64,000 bases of DNA from Dendrobates tinctorius (taxonomy: Eukaryota): positions 61,566,001 through 61,630,000 of the forward strand of contig NW_027361696.1 of NCBI RefSeq assembly GCF_039654945.1, written 5' to 3'. The translations under genes were made by a program, and so were the position numbers. A model generated the notes under the pieces. It saw nothing but the letters and a program-made list of their open reading frames with translations. It was not told the origin of the DNA and ran no database searches. How positions within the stretch are numbered: the first letter of the stretch is position 1; each line of letters opens with the position of its first letter. Positions 1-11,106 of this stretch are shown piece by piece.

Positions 1-291
1 TCGGATCGTGGGTGAGTATTTTTGTGGTTTGTTATGTTAATATTTATCCCGGAAAAGACAATGGCTTCGGGGAACAATGTGACAAGTATTGGTAAGTATG
101 TTACTCTATGTTATATGTACTGTATGTCTATGTATGTATTGTATGAATGTATTGTATGTATGTAGTATATATGTGGTATGTATGTAGCATGTAGTATGTA
201 TGTAGCATGCATGTAGTATGTATGTAGCATGCATGTAGTATATATGTAGTATGTATGTAGCATGTAGTATGTAGCATGCATGTAGTATATA

Positions 292-1512
292 CACTCACTG
301 GCCACTTTATTAGGTACACCATGCTAGTAAGGGGTTGGACCCCCTTTTGCCTTCAGAACTGCCTCAATTCTTCGTGGCAGAGATTCAACAAGGTGCTGGA
401 AGCATTCCTCAGAGATTTTGGACCATATTGACAAGATGGCATCACACAGTTGGCGCAGATTTGTCGGCTGCACATCCCTGATGCGAATCTCCCGTTCCAC
501 CACATCCCAAAGATGCTCTATTGGATTGAGATCTGGTGACTGAGGAGGCCATTTGAGTACAGTAAACTCATTGTCATGTTCAAGAAACCAATCTGAGATG
601 ATTCGAGCTTTATGACATGGCGCATTATCCTGCTGAAAGTAGCCATCAGATGTTGGGTACATTGTGGTCATAAAGGGATGGACATGGTCAGCAACAACAC
701 TCAGGTAGGCTGTGGCGTTGCAACGATGCTCAATTGGTACCAAGGGGCCCAAAGAGTGCCCAGAAAAAATTCCCCACACCATGACACCACCACCACCAGC
801 CTGAACCGTTGATACAAGGCAGGATGGATCCATGCTTTCATGTTGTTTACGCCAAATTCTGACCCTACCATCCGAATGTCGCAGCAGAAATCGAGACTCA
901 TCAGACCAGGCAACGTTTTTCCAATCTTCTACTGTCCAATTTCGATGAGCTTGTGCAAATTGTAGCCTCAGTTTCCTGTTCTTAGCTGAGAGGAGTGGTA
1001 CCCAGTGTGGTCTTCTGCTGCTGTAGCCCATCTGCCTCAAAGTTCAACGCACTGTGCGTTCAGAGATGCTCTTCTGCCTACCTTGGTTGTAACGGGTGGC
1101 AATTTGAGTCACTGTTGCCTTTCTATCAGCTCGAACCAGTCTGCCCATTCTCCTCTGACCTCTGGCATCAACATGGCATTTCCGGCCACAGAACTGCCGC
1201 TCACTGGATTTTTTTTCTTTTTCGGACCATTCTCTGTAAACCCTAGAGATGGTTGTGCGTGAAAATCCCAGTAGATCAGCAGTTTCTGAAATTCTCAGAC
1301 CAGCCCTTCTGGCACCAACAATCATGCCACGTTCAAAGGCACTCAAATCACCTTTCTTCCCCATACTGATGCTCGGTTTGAACTGCAGGAGATTGTCTTG
1401 ACCATGTCTACATGCCTAAATGCACTGAGTTGCCGCCATGTGATTGGCTGATTAGAAATTAAGTCTTAACACACAGTTGGACAGGTGTACCTAATAAAGT
1501 GGCCAGTGAGTG
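292..1512 (-). mobile_element. Full-length Tc1/mariner transposon, DD36E (Incomer-type), 1221 bp
   Basis: 29-bp TIRs CACTCACTGGCCACTTTATTAGGTACACC (292-320 / 1484-1512); TA TSD at 290-291 and 1513-1514. Confidence 0.95.
324..1364 (-). pseudogene. DD36E transposase, 346 codons, one in-frame TGA at 1044-1046
   Basis: ORFs 1044-1364 and 324-1040 are in the same frame; motifs WSDESRF, QQDNAPCH, SPDLNPIEHLW; 36 residues between the second D and E. Confidence 0.92.
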
Positions 1513-2299
1513 TATGTAGTATGTATGTAGCATGTAGTATGTATGTAGCATGCATGTAGTATATATGTAGTATGTATGTAGCATGTAGTATGTATGTAGC
1601 ATGCATGTAGTATATATGTAGTATGTATGTAGCATGTAGTATGTATGTAGCATGCATGTAGTATGTATGTAGCATGCATGTAGTATATATGTGGTATGTA
1701 TGTAGCATGCATGTAGCATGCATGTAGTATGTATGTAGTATGTATGTAGTATATATGTAGTATGTATGTAGCATGTATGTAGTATGTATGTAGCATGCAT
1801 GTAGCATGCAGTATGTATGTAGCATGCATGTAGTATATATGTAGTATGTATGTAGCATGTAGTATGTAGCATGCATGTAGTATATATGTAGTATGTAGCA
1901 TGTAGTATGTATGTAGCATGCATGTAGTATATATGTGTTATGTATGTAGCATGTAGCATGCATGTAGCATGCATGTAGTATGTATGTAGTATATATGTGG
2001 TATGTATGTAGCATGCAGTATGTATGTAGCATGCATGTAGTATATATGTAGTATGTATGTTGCATGTAGTATTTATGTAGTATGAATGTAGCATGTATGT
2101 AGTATGTAGTATGAATGTAGCATGTATGTAGTATGCATGTTGTATGTATGTAGCATGTAATTTTTTTTTTTTTTTTTTTTTTTTTACATTTAACACATTA
2201 GCCGGATGATGGGATTACTACTGTCCCATCATTGGCTAATGTGTCAATCACTGTCATGGTAGCAGGCATCGCCCGATGGGACTTGTAGTCCCATCGGAC

Positions 2300-2480
2300 G
2301 ATGCCTGCACAGACCCCCGGAGCCTGCACAGACCACCGGCAGGCCGGCACAGCCCCCCGGCAGGCCGGCACAGCCCCCCGGAGCCTGCACAGACCACCGG
2401 CAGGCCGGCACAGACCACCGGAGCCTGCACAGACCCCCTGGCAGGCCGGCACAGCCCCCCGAAAGGCCCGTACAGACCCC
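2300..2480. repeat. GC-rich ~20-bp tandem repeat
   Basis: Repeated CCTGCACAGACCACCGG / CAGGCCGGCACAGCCCC units. Confidence 0.75.
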
Positions 2481-3964
2481 AGAGAGGCTGTACAAGGGCA
2501 GGAAAGGGTTTTTCTTATTCCGATACCGGAAGTCCCATAGACTTGAATGGGACTTCCGGTATCGGAATCGGCGATACCGATACTTTTTTTAAAGATCGGC
2601 CGATACCATCCGATACGATACTTTGAAGTATCGGACGGTATCGCTCAACTCTAGCAGTTACTGACAGCTCGGCTGTCTAATCTGATACAGGGGCGTGCTG
2701 AAGCTGTCAGTACTTTGACAGCATGGCCATCCAATCTGGTTCAGGGGCGTACTGAGTTGTCAGTGTGTTGATTGGCTAGTCGAGCTGTCAATCTGTGACT
2801 GGCAGGTGTCGGCTGTCTTTTAGTGTTCACTATCCCGGGTAATTGCCATGCCTACTAAGGAGCTTCTCCCAGACCACTGCCAGACGTACTTTCAACAAGT
2901 GAGGTTTGTGCTTCCCTGTGCCTTGAGTTCTGTATGCTTGATCTGACCATCCACCTGTTTAACCCATGTTTAACCCCTTCAGCTCTGATCCATTATCCTC
3001 CTGGTACTCTGACCTTGGAAAGTTGCCTAACTACGCTTTTGTCTCTTCCTTCTGTTTATGACGTACCCACCTGGCTTCTGACCTTGGACTCCTTGACCAC
3101 TCTGACTCACGGCTTGACTGTGAGCAGTGACTAGAATTACAGTTTGTTTGCACTCTGTAGTCATAAAACATCTATATAAGAGCTGTATATATAATCAGGT
3201 AATATATTTTCAAAGAGGACCTTGTAAAAATCCTTGACCTCCACTGATTCTGCCGTTCTTTTCCATTTTGCTCTGCATCGCATCATTGCAAAAAAATTCA
3301 CATTTGTTTCTTTTGGAGCACAGTACAGAAATCTCTGGTTATGGTGCAACTGGGCATTTCTTTGGAGTCTTCTCTGGGAACTTGCTGCCTATTAGCAACA
3401 TCTGGGATGGAGGCGTGAAAATGCACCCCCCCCCACCTAGCAGACACTCTAAAGAAATGACCAGTTGTACTGCAAGCAGAGATTTCACATAATGCACTCC
3501 AAAAGCATCAAATGAGAATATCTTTGCAATTGAGTGACACAGAGCAAAATGGAAAAAAGAATCAGAATCAGGGGAGCTCTGGGAATTTTACAATGTATTC
3601 AGCTCAATGTTTTTGGCAAATTCACTATTAGTACAATTTGCAAGTATGCAAATTAGTGGTTATCAGTGTTCTTTGCAGTTCTGTGTTCCAATATGAAAAT
3701 ATATAGGTGGACACAGATAGCAAAGTCCCTGTGCAAGAAGTTTATGTCTTGCTCATCAAAAGTTTATTATAGAGCATAAACTTATGTCTCTTTGACAATC
3801 CACTCATATTGAGTTATGAAATTAATCAACTTGGTCCACTACATGCAAAAGGATTCTGTTTTACGATGACAGTGGGCTAATTGACATTTTGTGATTCGAT
3901 AAAAGATTTGGACATCCTGCGAATTAGGTAGTGTTTCTACAGTTTGCGCTACTGCTGTTTTATA

Positions 3965-4906
3965 ATAATAATAAATTTTAATAATAATAAATTTTATTTC
4001 TATAGCGCCGACATATTCCGCAGAACTTTACATTTCGGAGGGGATTTGTACAGACAACAGACATTACGGCATAACAATAATCACATAGATTATAACAAAT
4101 ACCAAGAGGAATGAGGGCCCTGCTCGCAAGCTTACAATCTATGAGGAAAAAAAAGGGAGACACGAAAGGTGGGTGGTAACAGTTGCCCTGATTGTATGGA
4201 CCAGCCATAATGTTAAGTGTGTATCAGTACAGACGCAGAAGGCTAATGGATGCATAAAGCAAGTGGGAACATGATGTGGGGAACCTGGTTATGGTAAAAC
4301 CTTTGGCTGTGCCACACAGGGATAGATTAGGTTAATATGTTGAGGCGATAGGCCAGTCTGAATAAATGCGTTTTCAGGGCACGCTTAAAATTGTGGGGAT
4401 TGGGGACTAATCGTATTGACCTGGGAAGTGCATTCCAAAGAATTGGCGCAGCACATTTAAAGTCTTGGAGACGGGAGTGGGAGGTTCTGATTATTAAGGA
4501 TGCTAACCTCAGGTCATCAGCAGAACGGAGGGCGCGGGTAGGGTGGTATACTGAAACAAGGGAGGAGATGTAGGGTGGTGCTGAGCCATGGAGGGCTTTG
4601 TGGGTGAGGGTAATAAGTTTATGCTGAATTCTGGAGTGGATGGGTAGCCAGTGTAATGACTGGCACAAGGTAGAGGCATCAGTGTAACGATTGGTGAGGA
4701 ATATGATCCTGGCTGCAGCATTCAAGACAGATTGGAGAGGGGAGAGTTTGGTAAGAGGGAGACCGATTAGAAGAGAGTTACAATAGTCGAGACGAGAATG
4801 AATAAGAGAAACAGTAAGAGTTTTTGCAGACTCAAAAGTAAGAAAAGGTCGAATTCTAGAAATGTTTTTGAGGTGCAGATGACAAGAGCGAGCCAGTGAT
4901 CGAATG
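3965..4906 (-). mobile_element. L2-clade LINE, 3' part (ORF2 C-terminus, 3'UTR, (ATT)n tail)
   Basis: LHWLPIHSRIQHKL...APILWNALP...FKRALKTHLF is a typical L2 ORF2 end; (TAA)n at the left end. Confidence 0.88.
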
Positions 4907-6250
4907 TGTGGCGCCCATGAGGCTCAGTCGCCACAGAGGTACTGCACCTTCTCCTAAGGTGTAGTGCCCCACCACCTAGGTAAGTTGGGAACTCCTTTCC
5001 ACACTCCAACACCTGCATCCCACACACAGGATAGTTCAGTAGGTCCGCCTAGCAGCTTCAGGCTGGGGGTAGCAGAGCACCCTTCGTGGAACCCTGCTTC
5101 GTAGCACGAGATGTACTGGGAGGTGGGTGGAGTTAGTATAAAAGAGGGGGAAAGTGGAGAATTGTAGGTCAGTCTGACAGAAGGTCAGTCTGGGGTGAGT
5201 CCCAGAGACGTTCAGTTCTGAAGTTAGTTTTGAGTTCAGTTTGAGTTCAGTTTAGAAAGAGTGCTGCAGCTGCCTCAGTGATCTGAGCCAGCTGGCACGG
5301 GAAAGAAAAGAGAAGGAGAAGGATGTAGACCTGCAACCTCAGCTTCCATAAGAGAGAGAAGAAACAGCACGGAATGAAGGAGTAGGAGAACAGAGAGGAG
5401 TTGAGGGTTGGAAGAGGAACCCTGCCTATAGATACTCAGCGCAAGGCCGGGGCCCGGTCCCCGAGGTTGTATGGACACGTATGGTTCTGCAGCAGAAACC
5501 GGTGGAGTAGTTGGCTGTAAATGCACTACTCCCATCAAAGACTTGGGACACAGCAGCAACTGGATAGAGAGCCAGGACTTCTGAGAGGGGAGTCCCCGAT
5601 AGAGGCTACAGCTGTCTGTCATACAAGTAAGGTTCTAGGAACATCTGACAGGAGGAATTCCAGAGAACTACGGTACTGGAGTTCTTCACACTAAAAGGCG
5701 CAATAGAGGAGTCGTTCAAGAAAGGCACATGTTGGCGGAGTGTTGGAGAGGAGAACCCTGACTTGCCCGGGAGGTTGACTGAGTCTCTACCCCGGAGGAC
5801 ACGGCACGGAGGCAGGCACCAGTGGGTACCACGAACTGTGAGTAAAGCTTGGAAACTGCAAGCCCTGGTGTCCTCCATTCATTCTCTGTCAACACCTTCA
5901 GCACCGCTACATCTGGGTACCAGCATTTATACCATTCTGCGCCTCTCCTCATCCATTGCACCTACACTGCCCTGGAACTACAGCTCCACCTGTGGGGAGC
6001 TATACCATCTTTGCTGCACCACACCATCAGTCCCAGCGGATCTTCATGCAGCGTTGGCTTACCATCTCCCTTGCCAAACACCACGGGTAGCGTCACGAAC
6101 AATTCAAATAAACTTTAACACCATTAACATCACCGCCATTGATATTGGGTGCCCAGGGCCACGGACCGGGTCACTGTTGCTGTGACACATTCCCCCCTGA
6201 CACTGGCCCGGTACAGGGTACCCCGCTGCCCTGAGTGTTAGGGTGACCCA
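4907..6250 (+). repeat. 5' LTR
   Basis: TG...CA ends; TATAAAA near 5137; AATAAA near 6107; homologous to 8572-9868. Confidence 0.92.
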
Positions 6251-6254
6251 ATTT

Positions 6255-6272
6255 TAGCGTCACGAACAGGAT
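6255..6272 (+). promoter_or_regulatory. Primer binding site complementary to the 3' end of tRNA-Ser(CGA)
   Basis: TAGCGTCACGAACAGGAT vs reverse complement of ATCCTGTTCGTGACG-CCA (one mismatch; tRNA sequence recalled), 4 nt after the LTR. Confidence 0.8.
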
Positions 6273-6683
6273 GACGAGACCCGATACCATCAGGTTCTGT
6301 GCGCCTGAAATTTGTGAGACTTCTTGCTTTTGAAAATGTGCAGAAGACCTGATTTAATAGACTGTAAAATGGACATTAGAAATGGCCGCTGGCGCAGAGA
6401 AGAAGGGCGTGAAGAGATGGGAGGTCCTAAGAAAAGACCGCGAAGAGTATTGGGCCTTCCCTGCCTGAATTACTATGTGACAGATACATGGCCCACCCCC
6501 CGAGGGGTTCGTATACTGGCTTGGTATGGAGGCGGTGGAAGAAGACGCCGCCCCCGGAAGGAGGGGCAGAAGAAGCCAGTGGCGGGAAAGGGGCCAAGGC
6601 AGGAAGAAGAATGCCAGAACGCCATTTTGGAGAGTGAGGGAAAGAGGCATGCAGAGCGCGGGGAAACGGATCCCCCTGGCGCC

Positions 6684-7808
6684 ATGGCTGACAGCTCCAA
6701 CCCGAACTCCGGAATGAACCACCAGCAACTAGAAGGTGAAATAGCTGAATTGACAGCCAGTCTGCAGCTGAAGAAGGATGCCTTAGAGAAGCTGAGATGG
6801 CAGCGTGCCCCGGCGGGGCCTACACCAGCGGTACCCTCTCCATCGGTACCTGCCGCTACCACACCGGACTGTCCCCGGGCAGCGTTGATCTACACGTCTA
6901 CCCTGACTGTGCGGCTAGGTGCCGCTTGCCCGAAGGAGTTACCGGAGGACCCGGGAGTGGAAGCGGAGCTCCCGCCAGGACCTGACGCAGCTGCGCAGGT
7001 CCCCGCAGAGACCCCTGCGGATCCGGAGCCACCATCCGCTCCATCACCACCTGCACCGGAGCAGAGGCTGCACCGCCAGGAGGCCCCAGGTATGTCGATG
7101 TTCCTCCACCTGGGAAGGCCCTGAGGTGTACTGCAGTTGCAGCGGCTGGCCAGGTCGTCCTGGATCTGGTCTGGGACCGGGATGATGGTGCCATGGGTGA
7201 GAACAGGTCCCGGGAAGAGCGGGAGAAAGAGAGTTGGGCAGGATGTCGGGACACCATTCGACAGCTGGCAGCGGAATACCGGGAGAGGGAGCAGAGAAAG
7301 AAGGCTGTGCTGGGCCCGGATCTGGCCAGGAAGGAGAGGGCCCGTGCTGGGTATCATGGTCCCCGGGATGCAGCTGGTTGGGGGCAGGTGCTGAATGTAA
7401 ACCGAGAGAAGGGGTTCGGATTTATTGCGGACCCCAAAAGAATCAGCGACCTGTTCTTTAACCGGCGGGACGTGGAGCCCCATCTGAGGAGGGGGCATCC
7501 TGATAGAGACCTGCAGCCTGGGGAGTATGTGACCTTCACCCGGCATGAGGGACTCCGGGGGGTGGTACGCCCTGAATATCCGCCGTATTCCGGAGGAGTT
7601 TATCGAAAGGTACAGGCCAAAGAGACCTCTTGCTGCCCCTCCATCCACCGGTACCACTCAGACTGCTCAGGTACCCGCTTCCAAGAACCAGGCTGCTCTT
7701 GCATCACCTCCAGTTCAGCAGCCCAAACCAAAAATTCCTGGCTTAACACCGTGGGAAGAGGAGTACTTGAGGATCGCCAACGACTACTTGGAATCTGGTG
7801 GCCATTAA
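6684..7808 (+). pseudogene. Frameshifted ~375-aa ORF: coiled coil, Pro-rich linker, cold-shock (OB-fold) domain, Pro-rich tail
   Basis: gccATGg at 6684; HQQLEGEIAELTASLQLKKDALEKL; GQVLNVNREKGFGFIADPKRISDLFFN...LQPGEYVTFTRHEGLRG/WYALNIRR aligns with CspA; frameshifts near 7060 and in the G6 run at 7557-7562. Confidence 0.75.
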
Positions 7809-8571
7809 AACACTTTTCAAAATCACGTTACCCAGGAGGGTTTTGTTTGCACCAGTTGTGCCTTGTTTCGCTATCATGTTTTTCCGGTAGCACTTTTGTT
7901 GCCCTGCTTTTGATTGACAGCGTTTTTCTACATTTGGAACTGAGGAGATCATGAACGCTGTATGATCCAAAACTTTTATTGTAAATAGTTTGCACCTCTT
8001 TAGGTGCCCTTTCTTGGTTTTACATATAAAGACACTTTTCGAAGATGATGTCTACCTCAAAAGGACACTGCAAGAGATCCCGGCTGGGAGCGGTGTCCAG
8101 CACCTTACAAGAATAACTGTTAAATGTTTTACTGTGAAGTATTTGATAATGTGTTTTACAAGAGTATTAGTAACTGAGAAATGGCTTTTATAGAAGAATT
8201 AGGAATGTCTGATTTAGAGATGAGTGTGAATAAAGAATTGGAAGTAGACAGGTGATGGACCAGGTACTTGCGGTCAGCGTCTTGCGTCTAGAAGAGACAG
8301 TGAAAGTAGAAAAATAAATGTGTACTTGAGAAGGAAAATGAGAGAAGATGTGTTACAGAGAATAGCACTTTGAATTGAGAATTGCACTTAGAATTAAAAT
8401 TTTTAGATAGGATTTAAGATAGAATTGTTTGTAACGTTCAAGATGAGTACCTCCTATACTAGGAAGATTAGTATAAGAAAAGTTATTATGCATTACAAAA
8501 TTTTTGTATGTTTCTTTGCTGTCTACTTTGTTATCTTGCAGCCGCGGACGTGCTGTGTTTAACGGGGGGTA

Positions 8572-9868
8572 TGTGGCGCCCCTGAGGCTCAGTCGCCACA
8601 GAGGTACAGCACCTTCTCCTAAGGTGTAGTGCCCCACCACCTAGGTAAGTTGGGAACTCCTTTCCACACTCCAACACCTGCATCCCACACACAGGATAGT
8701 TCAGTAGGTCCGCCTAGCAGCTTCAGGCTGGGGGTAGCAGAGCACCCTTCGTGGAACCCTGCTTCGTAATACGAGATGTGCTGGGAGGTGGGTGGAGTTA
8801 GTATAAAAGAGGGGGAAGTGGAGAATTGTAGGTCAGTCTGACAGAAGGTCAGTCTGGGGTGAGTCCCAGAGAAGTTCAGTTCTGAAGTTAGTTTTGAGTT
8901 CAGTTTAGAAAGAGTGCTGCAGTTGCCTCAGTGATCTGAGCAAGCTGTCACGGGAAAGAGAAGAGAAGGAGAAGGACGTAGACCTGCAACTTCAGCTTCC
9001 ATAAGAGAAAGAAGAAACAGCGTGGAACGAAGGAGTAGGAGAACAGAGAGGAGTTGTGGGTTGGAAGAGGAACCCTACCTATAGGTTCTCAGCGCAAGGC
9101 CGTTCTGCAGCAGACACCAGTGGAGTAGTTGGCTGTAAATGCACTACTCCCATCAAAGACTTAGGACACAACAGCAACTGGAGAGAGAGCCAGGACTTCT
9201 GAGAAGGGAGTCCCCGATAGAGGCTACAGCTGTCTGTCATACAAGTAAGGTTCTAGAACATCTGACAGGAGGAATTCCAGAGAACTACGGTACTGGAGTT
9301 CTTCACACTAAAAGGTGCAATAGAGGAGTCGTTCAGGAAAGGCACATGTTGGCGGAGTGTTGGAGAGGAGAACCCTGACTTGCCCGGGAGGTTGATTGAG
9401 TCTCTACCCCGGAGGACACGGCACTGAGGCAGGCACCAGTGGGTACCACGAACTGTGAGTAAAGCTTGGAAACTGCAAGCCCTGGTGTCCTCCATTCATT
9501 CGCCGTCAACACCTTCAGCACCTCTACATCTGGGTACCAGCATCTATACCATTCTGCGCCTCTCCTCATCCACTGCACCTACACTGCCCTAGGACTACAG
9601 CTCCATCCTGTGGGGAGCTATGCCATCTTTGCTGCACCACACCATCAGTCCCAACAGATCTGCATGCAGCGTTAGCTTACCATCTCCCTTGCCAAACACC
9701 ACGGGTGGCGTCACAAACTATTCAAATAAACTTTAACACCATTAACATCACCGCCATTGATATTGGGCGCCCAGGGCCACGGACCGGGTCACTGCTGCTG
9801 TGACAGATTCCCCCCTGACACCGGCCCGGTACCGGGTACCCCGCTGCCCTGGGTGCTAGGGCGACCCA
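8572..9868 (+). repeat. 3' LTR
   Basis: Homologous to 4907-6250 with substitutions and indels; preceded by a PPT at 8561-8569. Confidence 0.92.
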
Positions 9869-10495
9869 TGGGGGGCAAAGGAAAGCTCGGAATCAAGCAT
9901 GACCCCAAGACAGCGGGCATGTTGCTGGGGAGTAATAGTGGAGCCACACACAGAAATGGCAATGTCGGGTATAGGTACATTAGTAGAGGGAGGAAACACA
10001 AGGAGTTCAATCTTTGACAGGTTCAGTTTCAGATATAGTGAGGACATGATGTTAGACACAGCGTTTAGACAATCACCGGTGTTTTCTGGAAAGGCTGGCG
10101 TGATGTCAGGAGAAGAAGCGTATAATTGGGTGTCATCAGCATAGAGATGGTACTGGAAACCAAATCTACTGATTGTTTGACCAATGGGGGCAGTGTACAA
10201 GGAGAAGAGGAGGGGGCCTAGGACTGATCCTTGAGGAACCCCAACAGTAAGGGGAAGATGAGAGGAGGAGCAACCGGAAAAAGATACAGTAAAGGAGCAG
10301 TCAGAGAGATAGGAGGAGAACGAGGAGAGAATGGTGTCCTTGAGGCCAATGGAAGCATAGTGAGGAGGAGCTGATGATCCACAGTGTCGAATGATGCAGA
10401 GAGATCCAAGAGAATTAGCATGGAGTAGTGACCATTAGATTTAACTGTTAGTAGATCATTAGAGACTTTAGTGAGGGCAGTTTCAGTAGAGTGTA
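9869..10495 (-). mobile_element. L2 LINE reverse-transcriptase region, continuing 3965-4906; 5' truncated
   Basis: [20 protein letters not shown] and [10 protein letters not shown] motifs; frame joins across the LTR element as SFAP/HIRSLARSCHLHLKNI. Confidence 0.9.
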
Positions 10496-10739
10496 AGTGT
10501 GTTATAGGTTTTCTCCAGGTATTCCAGTTTTTCCTCATGCTTGAAAAAAAATATGTTAGGGTATGAGAACATAGAGTGTATCCCTCTTATTTACTTTTGT
10601 TGTAAAACCACTTTGCTGGCCATATGTTTAATTTTTCAGCATTTTTCTTCCTCTTTGGAATTTAAAAAAAGCTATTTAAGAAAAAATTAAACACGTGTCA
10701 CTTCTTTAAGTATCTCTTAAAGAAAAACTATCACAATTA

Positions 10740-11106
10740 GGGTATGTTTCCAAGTGGCGTATTTGGTCAGGATTTGCTGCGGATTGGATGCTGCGTACAG
10801 CCGCAGTGTCCAATCTGCAGTGTCCAGATGTTACAACATAGTGGAGGGGATTTTATGAAATCCCATCTCCACTATGCGTGCAGGGACACCACCGGCATCC
10901 CTCCGTATAAGCACTTGTGGCGCGCCTTTATAGACTGCAGTATGTCTATTTATCTTATGGAGACGCCCGGTCTCCGCAAGATAAATAGCACCGTTCTATG
11001 AATAGGATGCGGTGATCACCGCACGGACAAAAGCCGGCAACGCTTTGGGTGGGCGGATATCCGCCGCATTTAAAGCGCTGCTAATCCGGAACGTGGACAC
11101 ATACCC
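10740..11106. mobile_element. PIF/Harbinger-type MITE
   Basis: GGGTATGTTTCCA / TGGACACATACCC TIRs; TTA TSD. Confidence 0.8.

Larger units (their letters stand above)
107..2160. repeat. Low-complexity (TATGTAGCATG/TATGTAG)n minisatellite interrupted by a Tc1
   Basis: Direct repeats on both sides of 292-1512; source of the spurious His/Tyr/Thr-rich ORFs. Confidence 0.9.
1..2653. mobile_element. Right part of a non-autonomous hAT-type element (left end outside the window), hosting a minisatellite and a Tc1
   Basis: Ends in TCGCTCAACTCTA (2641-2653), identical to the TIR of the large hAT at 44719-56438; subterminal palindromes at 2520-2640. Confidence 0.6.
4907..9868 (+). mobile_element. Non-autonomous LTR retrotransposon (Gypsy-like ends), two ~1.3-kb LTRs and a 2.3-kb internal region
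   Basis: Direct repeats TGTGGCGCCC...GACCCA at 4907-6250 and 8572-9868; PBS after the 5' LTR; purine tract AACGGGGGG before the 3' LTR. Confidence 0.93.

Noticed and set aside
106-2196. His/Tyr/Thr-rich ORFs up to 245 aa
   Set aside because: Translations of a low-complexity minisatellite
5275-6185. ORFs within the LTRs
   Set aside because: Not conserved in length between the two LTRs; no domain motifs
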